A stretch of 64,000 nt of DNA from Paraspadella gotoi (Eukaryota > Animalia > Chaetognatha). Under the pieces are notes generated by a model, which made no database searches, had not been told where the DNA came from, and saw nothing but the letters and a program-made list of their open reading frames with translations. Below, piece by piece: positions 13,306 to 27,912 of the stretch; the stretch's first letter is position 1, and each line of letters begins with the position of its first letter. The stretch is taken from the NCBI GenBank assembly GCA_051294375.1, contig CM119266.1, positions 25,716,161 through 25,780,160 on the forward strand, written 5' to 3'. Made by a program: the position numbers and the translations under genes.

Positions 13306-14030
13306 TTTGACCAATGATCATGATAATTATATTTTTTGCATAAAAAATGAAAATTTAAAAAAAATGAAAACATCAGATTTGGCCCAAAATAATTATCTCC
13401 AATCTGATGTTTTTAGAAATACAAAATGTTTGCTCGTTTTCTTTATTCTTAATTATGAACAAAAAAATTCTGCTTTTTTCAACTAAAAAAATCAATTATT
13501 TTAATAAATAAAAAGCCCTGTCTTCAAAGTTGTACGTATTTTTATTCCAAAATTAATCATGGATTATCATAAAAATATAGATTTATGGCTACTACCCTCC
13601 AAATCTATGGGTCTTTTTGTACAAAATGACATCAGGGCAAAAAAGTCTGGCTTATATGAAAAAATGATAAAAAAAAAAATTTTATTTGACCAAGGCTCAT
13701 TCATAATTATGTTTTTGCATAAAAAATAAAAGATTCAAAAAATAAAAAACATCAGATTTTGCGCAAATTGATTATCTTCAATCTGATGTTTTTTAGAAAT
13801 GCAAAATGTTTACGCGTTTTCTTTTAATTATAATTATGAACGCAAAAAATAATACTTTCGAAAAACTGGAAAATTCAATTTTTTTATTAAAGAAAAATGT
13901 CCTATCATCAAAGTTGTGCATATTTTTTCTTCAAAATTTATCATGAATGATCACAAACAACATAGATTTACCACTACTACCTCCATTTTCGTTTTTTTTC
14001 TCATAACAAAGACCATCAGTGCAAAAAAGT
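13306..14030. repeat. Diverged tandem duplication with ~379-bp period (2 units)
   Basis: Units start at tttgaccaa (13306 and 13685). Both contain aaaacatcagattt...aatctgatgtttt, caaagttgt, catagattta/tatagattta and ctactaccctcc, and end at catcag(g/t)gcaaaaaag. Confidence 0.85.
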
Positions 14031-16330
14031 AAAATATTTGATAAAAAGTAAAAATCTGTTTGTCAGTCCACAATTTCTGATATAATAATTGATTATGAAC
14101 AAGCCCTTATTCAAAAATTTCGCAAAAAATATGTAAGAGGTAAGGGCTTGGTCTGCTCTAACAGAATAATTATTAAAAAATGCGTTTTTAAACCATTTGT
14201 GACAGTACCATAATTTCGAAAACATACCAGTAAAAAAATTTGTCACACTTTTTTTTCATATTTTTTTCTATTTTGTTAACAATTGGACCTTGTTAATCTT
14301 CTCACAGGGAAAAGACGGTCCTTCACATTGTAACTGAACCTTCTGAAAGTACCAAATGGCTGCATAATTGATAATATTGGGTAAAGGAGTTGTCTCTGAG
14401 ATCAATAAATTGGTGCAAAAGTAGGCTGAAACTCCCTTTTAGCTTTTATCTTGCATTGCGACATATACGTATCAAATCTTAAAAAATTAAAAAGAAAAAA
14501 AAGAAAAGAAAAAAGACTCCAAGAAGAAGAGAGAAAAGCGGAACGAAGAAAAGAAAAGAAGTTGAGAGAAAAGATAAGGTGCGCACTGGCGCTTGTAAAA
14601 CAGCGAATGGAAAAAAAAGGGAAGAGAAAATAAGCGAAAACAAATAAAGAAAGATTTTCTTCGTCTATTTTTCGTTTCAAGGATTTTTCTTTCTTTTATT
14701 TTCGAGCGAGAGAAATCCTTGAAATTAAGGATCTGGATCTGTAACAAGATGAGAAACTACTAAGATGGATGTACTTTCTATTTTTCTATCTCTCTCTTTT
14801 CTTTCTTTTTTCTTTCTTTTTCTTTTTTTCTCTTTTTCTATTCCCTTTCTTTCTTCTTTCTTTTTTTTTCTTTTTTCTTTCTTTCTTTCTTTCTTGTCTT
14901 TCTTTTTCCTTTCTTTTCCTTTCTTTCTTTCTTTCTTTTTTTTGCTCTTCTTTTTTTTTTTTTCTTTTTCTTTTTTTCTCTTTCTTTTTCTTCTTCTCTC
15001 TCTTCTCCTCTCTCTCTCTCTCTCTCTAACTCTTTCTTTCTCAACGTTCACAAATCCAGTTTTACCGCGTTGAGAGCCCCGAATTTCGTTTTCAATCTTT
15101 CTTTTTTTTCTTTTTTGTTGTTTCCTTCGTCGCCAAATCAATATCTTTGTGAGACTTTTATCGTTTTCCTTTTCAGCTTCATCGATATTTACTGAGGCAG
15201 TAAAAGGCGCCCGAGTTAGTTGCCTTTTTGTCAAGGTGATTGATCGATAGAATTGATTGATTGATGGATCCAATTGATTGATTGATTGGTCGAATGATTA
15301 TCAAAAAAAGATTAGTACAAAACGTAATCCATTCATACTCTAAAATCGTAATTTTAAAATTTTATTTTCATTTTAAATTTTAAATTTACTTCGTTTTACC
15401 AAAGTAAATAAATACTTCCGTCCATTCATATTACCGTCTATTACCTTTTATCTGCCTCTTCCTTTATATTTCTATCCTTTCCTTATTCTTTTCCTTCCTT
15501 TTAATACTTTCCCAATTTTTCTACGTCTCCTTCCTCCTACGCTTCTCACCTCGTACTATTTCTCATCCCCTCGCATTCCTCTGCCCTTTTTCCTCCTCCA
15601 CCTCCTCCTCCTCTTCATCCTCTTCCCACCTCCTCTTCCTCCTCTTACCACCTCCTCTTCCCACCTCCTCTTCCTCCTCTTCCCACCTCCTCTTCCTCCT
15701 CCAGCCTCCCCTCTCCTCGAGGCGCAACTGGATGTCGAATCCTCTGGAGTAAATTTCGAGGTCGACTTCGCGAAACCAGAACAACCTAAAAAAAAAGAAC
15801 AAAAAGAAAGAAAAAGAAAAATAACAAAAAGAAAGAAAAAGAAAAAGATCAAAAAGAAAGAAAAAGAAAAAACTGAAAAGAACAAAAAGAAAAAAAAGGA
15901 AAAGAACAAAAAAAATAATGAATTAAAAAAAAGTAAAACAAAAAAATTGACAATAAAATGATTATTAAAAAATGGAAAAACATTCTCAATAATTCAGAGA
16001 TTGAACATTTTTAATACTAAAATGTCTTACGAAAAATTAAACGGAAACTAACAATGACGTTCAAAGAATACAATGTGAANNNNNNNNNNAATACTAAAAT
16101 GTCTTTCGAAAAATTAAACGGAAACTAACAATGACGTTCAAAGATTACAATGTAAAAAGAGAACTTGTTACTTATTAACAATAAGTACATAAAAACCTGT
16201 CCGTTACACGTATTAGGTGTGAGGTAACTTCCCCCTAAGTCGCATTAGTACAATAGCAGAAATTGTTATTTACCTCAAACTGGCAGAAAATCATTCACAA
16301 ACCTTCACGATGGAATTATTCCTCCTCCCG

Positions 16331-16403
<73 letters not shown>

Positions 16404-16777
16404 GAGGAAAACAATTAATCTCACTAAACTAAGCATTCGACTCAAAAACAATTTTTGTAAGAAAAAAGAAGCGGAAAAGCAACAAACTAATGAGCCGAAG
16501 GAGGACGGATAAAAAGGAGTTGAAAAACAAAAGAGTAGTAAAGAAATAAAAGAAGTAAAAAGGAAAAAGAGAAAAAAAAAAGGAAAAAATTATAGAAGTC
16601 TTCAAAAGAAGCGAAAAAACGAGGAAGAAGAAGGAGAAGAAGAAAATTATTCATGATTAGATTTTTATGTAAATCAGAAGGAAAAAAAAAGTAGGGTGTG
16701 CTTTTTAGTAATATACTGCTACTAAGACTAGTAAGAAGGAGAGTGTGAGAGAGGGTTAACGAAGTAAGAGATGAGAG

Positions 16778-16818
<41 letters not shown>

Positions 16819-16819
16819 A

Positions 16820-16850
<31 letters not shown>

Positions 16851-16852
16851 GA

Positions 16853-16884
<32 letters not shown>

Positions 16885-18706
16885 GAGAGAGAAGAGAGAG
16901 AGAGAGAGAAAGGGGGAAACTTACAATGAAAGAAACTTAAAAGAAAGAGTTAAAGAGAAGAAAATTAAAAAAGATGTTAGAATCATGAAGACGTTTTAAT
17001 GACTCAATTTGCCGCTGGGAGCAGAAGAAAAAAAGAAGGGACGAGCGCGGTTAACGGCGCCAAACAAAAGGGTAACGGACGGCACTACAGACGGCGATTA
17101 TGGCGAACGAAGCCTTCATTCGAGAAAGGAAATGGGGAATAATGGGGTTAATCATTCTTTATGGGCGAAACAGTTGATATTTTCTGATTTGAAAGATATT
17201 TCTAACGATAGGCAGAGTAAAACAGTATAAAAAAATTCATAATACCGTTTGTTAAATTAAACTTATATTTACGTGACTCGGTTATTCCGTTATTTAACAG
17301 TTAACACGAACGGGGAATACAAAGAAGCTTGCCAACCAAGCTCAGCAGAAGTCAACAACAACAATGTTTCACCGACGGTGGAATCACCGGATGTTATCGA
17401 TAATCCGATCGTGACGAGCGCGCCGAGCGGTCGACGGCCATGACAGGTTGTCTCGACGAGAGATGGCGGGAGTAATCTCTTCGAGAAAGAACTTGATGTA
17501 AACAAAAGGGAAGAACGAGGAAGACAAGCACGACAGAGAGGAAAGAGAGTTAGAAGAGAAAATAGGAAAAAAAAGATGACAATGAAGGTCATGATTCACG
17601 AAGGTGACGGAGATTAAGAAGTCGACAAAGACGATGGCGTCGAGTGATTTGATGACAGCGTCGAGGTTGGCTACTTAGAATTAGGAAAACCATAAAATTT
17701 TTTAATAATAAAAACAAATTTTCGTTGGCTAAAGTAAATTTTCTTGGGCAACGTTTGAAGTCCCATAAAAATAACTGGACTAAAATCCTAACAAACATAC
17801 CAAGGCAAGCACAATAACAGCGACAACAACAACGACGATGAAAAAGGTTACAACGACAACAACGAAGGCGTATATAGACAACGGAAACGACGCCGAGAAA
17901 CAACCGATGGCGCCGCGAAACGCCGGCGCGAAATGGCGCCGGAATCTAGGGCAACGAGGCGGAGGATAGAGTTTAATCACAGAATCAGCGCCGCTATTCA
18001 ATCTAACGGACGCCGGGTTACAAAAGCGGTGGCGAGAGATGGCGCTTTTCTGTTTCAGGAACAAAAGGACATCGAGGCTTTCGTGTCTTGGACTAAGAAC
18101 TGTGCGAGAAGAAGGGTCACGGGTTCGAGTCCTGTAGAAAATTTAAAAATAAGGGATAATATTAAAGATAAATTGAAAAAGAGCTGCTATTTCTTAAATT
18201 ACTTCTTTTGATTAGTCATTTCACGTCTCCAATTCACAATTTCTTTCTCCACACCTCTTCTCACTCAGTTCACCGCCTCACTTTCTCCACTCTATTCTTT
18301 GCCCCATTAGACGAAGAGTGATTAAACTTCTTTGGAGCGAAAAAATAAAAAGTCGCAATAAATTTAATTGGATGTAATTTCACTCTTGTCTGAAAATCTA
18401 ATTCGAAATATAAAAATGTTCCATCGGCTGAGAGCGGATTCGTCCGAAGTTTAAATTAAAATGAGTAAGAGAAAAGAGGAGAGAGAGAGGGAGAGAGAGA
18501 GAGAGAGAGAGAGAGATATTCAATCGAATTTCTGCTTCAATCGAAAGTCAAGGAGAGGACGATGACGACGACGACGACAACGACGACGACGAAGACTACT
18601 CCAACCGTAATGAGCTTTTGTTTGGATGTCATCAATTATTCAGCCTCAAGTTTTTATGATGCGCTTCATCAGCCAAACGGATTGAACTAGACAAAGCGTG
18701 AGTGAG

Positions 18707-18773
<67 letters not shown>

Positions 18774-19280
18774 GAGAGAGAGAGATAATATCCTCAATTG
18801 AATTTCAAACAGACAAGCGCACGTCGCATTCTCTCGCAGAACTTTTAACTTACGCCTTCAAAGCTGAGAGCTAATTTTGAGTTTATCTTTATTTAAATAA
18901 AGAATAGAAAATGCCAGATAGAGAGATAAGTGGACCGCGAAGACAACGGAAGCGCCTCAACATTTTCTCTGACCGACATTATTGTTTTAATTATTTTCAA
19001 TCTCATTTTAACGAATAAATTTTGGTAGATTTCCTTCCGTATTCATCTTCGTCTTAGCGAATTCCTGCTGACAGCGAAAACAAAGATTTTTCTGTTTTCG
19101 CTGCAAAATTTTTCGCGAAGCAATGGAACCGGCAGCGTGGCACAGCGTTGCATAGCGTTTCACAGCGTCGCTCTCGTTCCCGGGAATATGCAAGGTCGTC
19201 ATGGAAATGCACCAAGTTTATGGATCTCGAGTTATGGTGCGAAAAGACACGTGAGAGCTGGTGGAGAGGAGGAGGGGTTT

Positions 19281-19351
<71 letters not shown>

Positions 19352-20064
19352 TGCGCAGTTTTTGTTTACGTAGATAGTCTTTGTTTTGAAGAACGAGTTT
19401 TCTTGTCGGTGGGAGGGCAAACAGTTTCCCGACCCGTTTTCGGTTTGTGTGTCTCTCTCTCTATATTTTTTTATTTTATCGCTTCGGTTGCGCGGATTCC
19501 TTGTTTTTAAGTGTTTTCTTTTAGTTTAGTCAGTTTTTTTGTTTTTGTTCTTTTGTTTATGCAATTGTTGTTCGAAGCAGATATTAATTGACTACATTTG
19601 TATATTTCTATATTTGTATATTTGTATATGTATAATAAAATGGTAAACGAGGAGCCTGTATAACAAGCAATAGCATAGTAGCTAATCACCGCAAAGTATA
19701 CATTGAGGCAAGCGAAACGAAGTCTGACCCAAATTATGCTTTGAGGAAGAAGACATCGGATTTAAGTCGCAATCAAAGAAGACGTCAAAACAGGAAATCC
19801 CTTCGTTTGGTTACGACGAATCGTAGTCTTCGTCGTCGCCGTTGTCGTAGTCGGGGCTCCGACGAAAATTCTCCGCGCAGTTGAACTGAGATTGGAAACC
19901 GACAAGAATGCGGATGAGATGAGGAGAAAGGTGAGGAGATGGTGAGATGGGGAAGGGGTAAGGGAACACTGGTAGGGAAGGAAAATGGAAAGTTGAATGG
20001 ATAAGAGGGCAACATCGCGACTGATAGGAGGAGACCGATAAATAGAAAGAGCAAATTGCGAAGT

Positions 20065-20300
20065 ATCAGAGTAGCGGAGAATAATAGAAGTGGATAATCA
20101 GAGGAGCGGAGAATCAGAGTAGCGGAGAATCAGAGAAGCGGAGAATCAGAGTAGCGGAGAATCAGAGAAGCGGAGAATCAGAGAAGCGGAGAATAAGAGG
20201 AGTGGAGAGTCAAGAGTAGCGGAGAATCAGAGAAGCGGAGAATCAGAGAAGCGGATAATCCGAGTTGCGGAGAATAAGAGGAGTGGAGATTCCGAGTGGG
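20065..20300. repeat. 16-bp minisatellite, consensus gcggagaatcagag(a/t)a
   Basis: About 14 tandem units. Also present at ~28660-28890 (inverted) and ~38800-39035. Confidence 0.9.
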
Positions 20301-21045
20301 CGGCAGTTCTCTGACGTCGAGGCGTAAATAGAAAGAGCGTCGAGGTTAAAAATACTGTTGCCTCCCTTAAGGTGACTCACTGGACCCGGTTGTCTAAAGC
20401 GAAAAATAAAAAAAGATGCGTGGAGAGAGAAACGGAGGCGACGAACGAGAAAAGTAAGGCGCGAACGGAAGAAGGTAATTGCGAAAGGAAACCAGAAAAG
20501 GTAAGGCGAGAAAGTTGGAGATAAGGGACGGGGGGGAAGTAGGGAGCTTAAAGTAAGTAAACGATAAAAAGAGAAAGATAGAATGAAAGAAGGAAGGAGA
20601 GAAAATAAGGAAGAAAGAGAAAGAGAAAGAGAGAATGAAAGAAAGAAAGGAGAGAAAATAAGGAAAATAAGGAAGAAAGAGAAAGAGAGAATGAATGAAA
20701 GAAAGGAGAAAAAATAAGGAAAATAAGGAAGTGAAAAAAAGGGAGGAGCGAAGGTGAGTAAAGTTCACAACTTTGAAGAAAGGGAGAGACCACGACGAAA
20801 CGGAAGGTCAGCCAAGACGCGGAGCGACTAAGCGAGAAAATGAGCTCCGCCGGAACGCCGGGATCTCGGTCCGGGTCTTCGGCCGGCTCCGAGCCGGGTT
20901 CCGAGCCGGGAGAAATTCCTGGCGACGTGAGGAAGATTCGGAAAGAGATTTAAATGATTTTTGAAAAAAAAAGGGATTTATGAGATTTTAAAAGAGAATG
21001 ATCGAGTGGACGTCTTGGAAGAGGGCAACTTGGGCGTTTGGAATC

Positions 21046-21173
<128 letters not shown>

Positions 21174-21673
21174 TGAGTTTTTTAACCTCTGACGAGAACC
21201 GCCAGAGCGTTCGTAGTGTGCGAACTCCCCTAACCCTCCCCACCGCAACCGCTTCCCCCTTCGTTCGTCGTCCACGTTTTTTGGGAGGCGAGTGAAAGAC
21301 GAATTCGCCCCAAAGGTCAAAGGTCGTCGCGGTTCCTTCGCCGTTGAGGGAGAATTGGGTGAAGGGAGGGAAGGGAGAAGAGAAGAGGATCGAAGGAATA
21401 AAATAGAAGTAGAAAAAAAAGAGGAGAAGGAAAAAGGAGAGAGGAGAGAAGGGAGTGACTCAAGTCATTAATTGGCGTCGTCATTTTCGTGAGAGCGATG
21501 AACAAATGTCTCGGTGAAAGCTGTTTTTTACATGACACAATCAAACATTACATAAACAAAACACGAGCCCTAAATTGTACCATTTCTCCGCCTTTATATA
21601 CCTCGTAGTAGATTCCGCGATCGATACCAATAAACTTATCCCGTGAAAATCCTTCGTCGAGTCACGAGCACTT

Positions 21674-21732
<59 letters not shown>

Positions 21733-22575
21733 ACTCTGTCCTTCATTTTCTCACCTTTTTTTCCCCTTCATCGTTTCCTCTTCTGTCTTCTCATTCTTTC
21801 TCACCTAAATTTACTTCCGTCTTCTTCTCATTTCGTTTTCTTTTTCTTTCTCCTTCTACCTCCTCTTTTTTTCTTCCTCTCCTTCTCCCACCACCTTCTT
21901 CTCCCTCACCTCTCCCCCTCCCCCTCTCCTCGCGAGGCCTTTCCTTCCAATTGCTTCCGCCAACAATATGCGTCCCATAAATTGCGAGGTTAAGCAGAAG
22001 GAAATGAAAATCTCGCCTTCGCCGCCGCAGCTGCTGCCAAAGCCGCCGCTGCCGCCGCAGGCCGCCACATCAACCTGCGTTTCGCCAATACTTCCGCCGC
22101 TGACTCAGGACGATACGACCCTACGGTTAATAACGACAACAACGACAAACTAGCGAGCAATCCATCTCCGAGAAATGACCGCCAGAGTCTCGATCGATGG
22201 CGACCAGCGGTTCGTTAAAGATGTTGTTTTCTCCGTCAAGCGATCGATAAAAACCTACCTGACTTACCTTTCCATCTCCATTGAAGCCAACAAATGGCAA
22301 TAGCCAACGGAACTTAACTGGAAACTACCCTTTTCGCATTTCGCCGCTGCCTCCTGTCGCTGCCGCTGCCGCCTGCAGCTGCCGCCAGCCGCCGTCGCCT
22401 CCAACCACCGGAAACGAAGAAGAAGCCGCCGCCCATAAACGCGCGCGGGAAAACAAAGAAACAACAACGACAACAAAAACAACAGCAACAAAAGCGCAGA
22501 GAAAAACTGAATAAAAAAAAAAAACCAACAAAAACTGCGGGCCAAAAACAAAAAGGCAGCCAAAGGCGCGGAACG

Positions 22576-22710
<135 letters not shown>

Positions 22711-24144
22711 CCATCTGGCGAAAGAGCGAAGAGGGACACTGTAAACATAAGTGCAACCGAGAATAGGAACGGGCGCCGCGGCCAGTTATTGAAAACTCAT
22801 TTAGACTAGAGTTTTAAGAGGAAGGAGGGAAGGTTCTCGATGGGGATGAGAACGAAGGAAAAATTCATTCGGGGGTGTGAAGTGAAGTCTGGAGAGAAGT
22901 TTCGAGGTTTGGTGACAAGGGAGAACGGAAGTGAAATGCAGTATAAAAGGAGATAGACCAACGCGGGTCTATTACCCCTCTCCTTCTAATTCAACTCCTC
23001 TTCATCCTCCTCCCAGGGATTCGGATTCGGGTGTGAAGTGAAGACTGGAGAGAAGTTTTGAGGTTTGATGACAAGAGGGAACAGACGTGAAAAGTATTAC
23101 GAGGAGACTAATGGGGGCAAGGAAAGAATGGGTGGTAGTGGAATCGGTATAGGGAGGAAAAGAGGGCGCGGCGGGCGGCGGGCGGCGGTCGGCGGGGTCT
23201 CTCAGGCCTAAAAATGGATGATTCAACAGAAAATTTTAAAAATGACTAATTACTAAGCCACTTACCAAAATTGCGTTAATCGTAGGTTTTTTAGATGTTG
23301 CAGTTTCTTTTTTTGTTGCGATTTTTCTTCAAGCTTCAAGCAAACACTGTTTTGAAAGTTGTACTATAGTGAAAGATTCAAAAAATCTGCAAAATATCTG
23401 TAAAGTAAGGCGGTTAAAGTTTCCGCTTGAAACGAGAAAGAAGAGGAAAGATCAACTACAGAAGAGTCTGGCAGAAAACTGATAAAAGAAAAAAATTTAA
23501 AAAAAACAAACCGAATATTCAAAAGTTGGGAGTTTTTTAGTTTTGCTAAAAATGAAAGAAGAGCGAGAGTTTTCACGACGAAAATAATTTTCAGTTTTGA
23601 GAAGAAAAAAAAAACGAGATAGGATTGGCTCCAGTAAAATCTTGAATGAAGAGGCACAATTCTTAAAAATATGGGGTTTAACTTGAGGCCGGAAGCGATT
23701 GTTTAATCACAAATGTGTCCCCTTTTTTTGACAAATGATAAATAACGAAAAACATCAAGAAAAGCAAATAATATTTCGCAATCGAGACGGATGTATCTTC
23801 GGGGTCAACAGAAGAAGAGAAATCTCAATTCATCTTAAAACAAAAGGATGTCAATTGACGAGAAGAGAAAGCATCGATCTCGAAAGGCTGAGGCTGAGGT
23901 TGAGGCTCATATGCAACAAAATGTATTGAGGGACGCGATACAAAAGGAAGCGGAAGTAGAGTAAGGCGGCGGCGGCAGCGGAGGTGGCAGCCGCAGCGGC
24001 TGAAGCGTAATCTGACCTTTTACATATTTCATTCATCGCGAAGAGAAACTTGAGAGATTGTTGCAATTCGCCACTCTACTTTTCCTTACCTCATAATTTT
24101 TTTTTTCCAAAAGCAAAAACATCGCCGACCTTATCTCCCTTTTG

Positions 24145-24365
24145 CGAGTTCCCTTCGAGTCCCTTTCGAGATCCCTTCGAGTCCCTTCGGAGTCCCTTTC
24201 GAGTCCCTTTTCGAGTCCCTTCCGAGTCCTTCGGGTCCCTTTCGCGAGTCCCTTCGAAGTCCCTTCCGAGCCTCCCCCTTCCGAGTCCCTTCGAGTCTCC
24301 TTCCGAGTCCCTTCCGAGTCCTTTTTCGAGTCCCTTTCGAGTCCCTTTCGGTCCCTTGAGTCCTT
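24145..24365. repeat. ~11-bp minisatellite, consensus gagtccctt(t/c)c
   Basis: About 20 units. Also present at ~24770-24985 (inverted) and ~43055-43320. Confidence 0.9.
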
Positions 24366-24509
24366 TCGTCTTCCTGAATCTTTTCTAGACTTCCCCCAAT
24401 CCTCCCTCTCACGCCACCTCTACTCAGAGTCTCCAAAAGGCGAAGCTGACGAAAGGTTGGAGACGTAACCTGGTTTCTTCTTTCNNNNNNNNNNNNNNNN
24501 NNNNNNNNN

Positions 24510-24582
<73 letters not shown>

Positions 24583-24652
24583 ATTCATTTCCTGCAGAAG
24601 AAACGCGAAGGGTTAAAGACCAAAAGCGTTTCTGTCTGGGTTTTTTTTTTTA

Positions 24653-26256
24653 GAAAGAAGAAACCAGGTTACGTCTCCAACCTTTCGTCAGCTTCGCCTT
24701 TTGGAGACTCTGAGTAGAGGTGGCGTGAGAGGGAGGATTGGGGGAGTCTAGAAAAGATTCAGGAGACGAAAGGACTCAAGGGACTCGAAAGGGACTCGAA
24801 AGGACTCGAAAAGGACTCGGAAGGGACTCGGAAGGGACTCGGAAGGGACTCGGAAGGGGGACTCGAAGGGACTCGGAAGGGACTCGGAAAGGGACTCGGA
24901 AGGACTCGAAAGGGACTCGAAAGGGACTCGGAAGGGACTCGAAGGGACTCGAAAAGGGATCTCGAAAGGGACTCGAAGGAACTCGCAAAAGGGATAAGGT
25001 CGGCGATGTTTTTGCTTTTGGAAAAAAAAAATTATGAGGTAAGGAAAAGTAGAGTGGCGAAATTGCAAACATCTCTCAAGTTTCTCTTCGCGATGAATGA
25101 AATATGTAAAAGGTCAGATTAGCTTCAGCCGCTGCGGCTGCCACCTCGCTGCCGCCGCCGCCTTACTCTACTCCGCTTCCTTTTGTATCGCGTCCTCAAT
25201 ACATTTGTTGCATATGAGCCTCAACCTCAGCCTCAGCCTTTCGAGATCGATGCTTTCCTCTTCTCGTCAATTGACATCCTTTTGTTTTAAGATGAATTGA
25301 GATTTCTCTTCTTTGTTGACCCGAAGATACATCCGTCTCGATTGCGAAATATTATTTGCTTTTTTGATCGTTTTTCGTTATTTATCATTTGTCAAAAAAG
25401 GGCACATTTGTGATTAAACAATCGCTTCCGGCCTCAAGTTAAACCCCATATTTTTAAGAATTGTGCCTCTTCATTCAAGATTTTACTGGAGCCAATCCTA
25501 TCTCGTTTTTTTTTTCTTTCAAAACTGAAAATTATTTTCGTCGTGAAAACTCTCGCTCTTCTTTCATTTTTAGCAAAACTAAAAAACTCCCAACTTTTGA
25601 ATATTCGGTTTGTTTTTTTTTAATTTTTTTTTTCTTTATCAGTTTTCTGCCAGACTCTTCTGTAGTTGATCTTTCCTCTTCTTTCTCGTTTCAGCGGAAA
25701 CTTTAACCGCCTTACTTACAGATATTTTGCAGATTTTTTAATCTTTCACTATAGTAAACTTTCAAAACGTGTTTGCTTGAAGCTTGAAGAAAAATCGCAA
25801 CAAAAAAGAAACTGCAACATCTAAAAAACCTACAGATTAACGCAAATTTTGGTAAGTGGCTTAGTAATTAGTCATTTTTAAAAATTTCTGTTGAATCATC
25901 CATTTTTAGGCCTGAGAGACCCCGCCGCCGCCGCCCGCCGCCCGCCGCCCCTCTTTCCCCCCTAATACGATTCCACTACCACCCATTCTTTCCTTGCCCC
26001 CATTAGCCTCCTCGTAATACTTTTCTCTATCCTTCCACGTTCCCCTTTGTCATATACTCTTCGTAAACCTTCTTCTCCAGACTTCACTTCACACCACCCG
26101 ATGAATTTTTCCTTCGTTCTCATCCCCATCGAGAACCTTCCCTTTCCTCTTAAAATCTAGTCTAAATGAGTTTTCAATACTGGCCGCGGCGCCCGTTCCT
26201 ATTCTCGGTTGCCACTTATGTTTTACAGTGTCCCTCTTCGCTCTTTCGCCAGATGG

Positions 26257-26288
<32 letters not shown>

Positions 26289-26290
26289 CT

Positions 26291-26341
<51 letters not shown>

Positions 26342-27223
26342 CTCTCTTATTTCGTTCCGCGCCCTTTGGCTGCCTTTTTGTTTGGCCCGCAGTTTTTGTT
26401 TTGTTTTTTTTTTTATTCAGTTTTTCTCTGCGCTTTTGTTGCTGTTGTTTTTGTTGTCGTTGTTGTTTCTTTGTTTTCCCGCGCGCGTTTATGGGCGGCG
26501 GCTTCTTCTTCGTTTCCGGTGGTTGGAGGCGACGGCGGCTGGGCGCAAGCTGCAGGCGGCAGCGGCAGCGACAGGAGGCAGCGGCGAAATGCGAAAAGGG
26601 TAGTTTCCAGTTTAGTTCCGTTGGCTATTGCCATTTGTTGGCTTCAATGGAGATGGAAAGGTAAGTCAGGTAGGTTTTTATCGATCGCTTGACGGAGAAA
26701 ACAACATCTTTAACGAACCGCTGGTCGCCATCGATCGAGACTCTGGCGGTCATTTCTCGGAGATGGATTGCTCGCTAGTTTGTCGTTGTTGTCGTTATTA
26801 ACCGTAGGGTCGTATCGTCCTGAGTCAGCGGCGGAAGTATTGGCGAAACGCCAGGTTGATGTGGCGGCTGCGGCGGCAGCGGCGGCTTTGGCAGCAGCTG
26901 CGGCGGCGAAGGCGAGATTTTCATTTCCTTTCTGCTTAACCTCGCAATTTATGGGACGCAATTGTTGCGGAGCAATTGGAAGGAAAGGCCTCGCGAGGAG
27001 AGGGGAGGGGGAGAGGTGAGGGAGAAGAAGGTGGTGGGAGAAGGAGAGGAAGAAAAAAGAGGAGGTAAAGGAGAAAGAAAAAGAAAACGAAATGAGAAGA
27101 AGACGGAAGTAAATTTAGGTGAGAAAGATGAGAAGACAGAAGAGGGAAACGATGAAGGGAAAAAAAGGTGAGAAAATGAAGGACAGAGTGGGAGAGAGAG
27201 AGAGAGAGAGAGCGAGAGAGGAT

Positions 27224-27300
<77 letters not shown>

Positions 27301-27864
27301 AAGTGCTCGTGACTCGACGAAGGATTTTCACGGGATAAGTTTATTGGTATCGAATCGCGGAATCTACTACGAGGTATATAAGGCGGAGAATGGTACAATT
27401 TAGGGCTCGTGTTTGTTTATGTAATGTTTGATTGTGTCATGTAAAAAACAGCTTTCACCGAGACATTTGTTCATCGCTCTCACGAAAATGACGACGCCAA
27501 TTAATGACTTGAGTCACTCCTTCTCTCCTCTCTCCTTTTTCCTTCTCCTCTTTTTTTTTCTACTTCTATTTTATTATCCTTCGATCCTCTTCTCTCTTCT
27601 CCTTCCCTCCCTTCCCCAATTCTCCCTCAACGGCGAAGGAACCGCGACGACCTTTGACCTTTGGGGCGAATTCGTCTTTCACTCGCCTCCCAAAAAACAG
27701 TGGACGACGAACGAAGGGAAGCGGTTGCGGTGGGGGGTTAGGGGAGTTCGCACACTACGAACGCTCTGGCGGTTCTCGTTCAGAGGTAAAAAAACTCACC
27801 TCTCTCTCTCTCTCTCTTTCTCCTCTTCTCTCTCTCTCTCTCTCTCCTCTCTCTCCCTCTCTCT

Positions 27865-27912
<48 letters not shown>

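Noticed and set aside
16012-16155. ~65-bp direct repeat across an N gap (similar case at 57373-57430)
   Set aside because: This is typical of unmerged overlapping contig ends.
22868-23100. ~70-bp local direct duplication (gtgtgaagtgaag...gtgaaa)
   Set aside because: It is real but unremarkable, and its spacer and copy number differ among the noisy block copies.
24050-25072. ESLPSPFRVP-repeat ORFs
   Set aside because: They are translations of an 11-bp minisatellite that is open in several frames on both strands.
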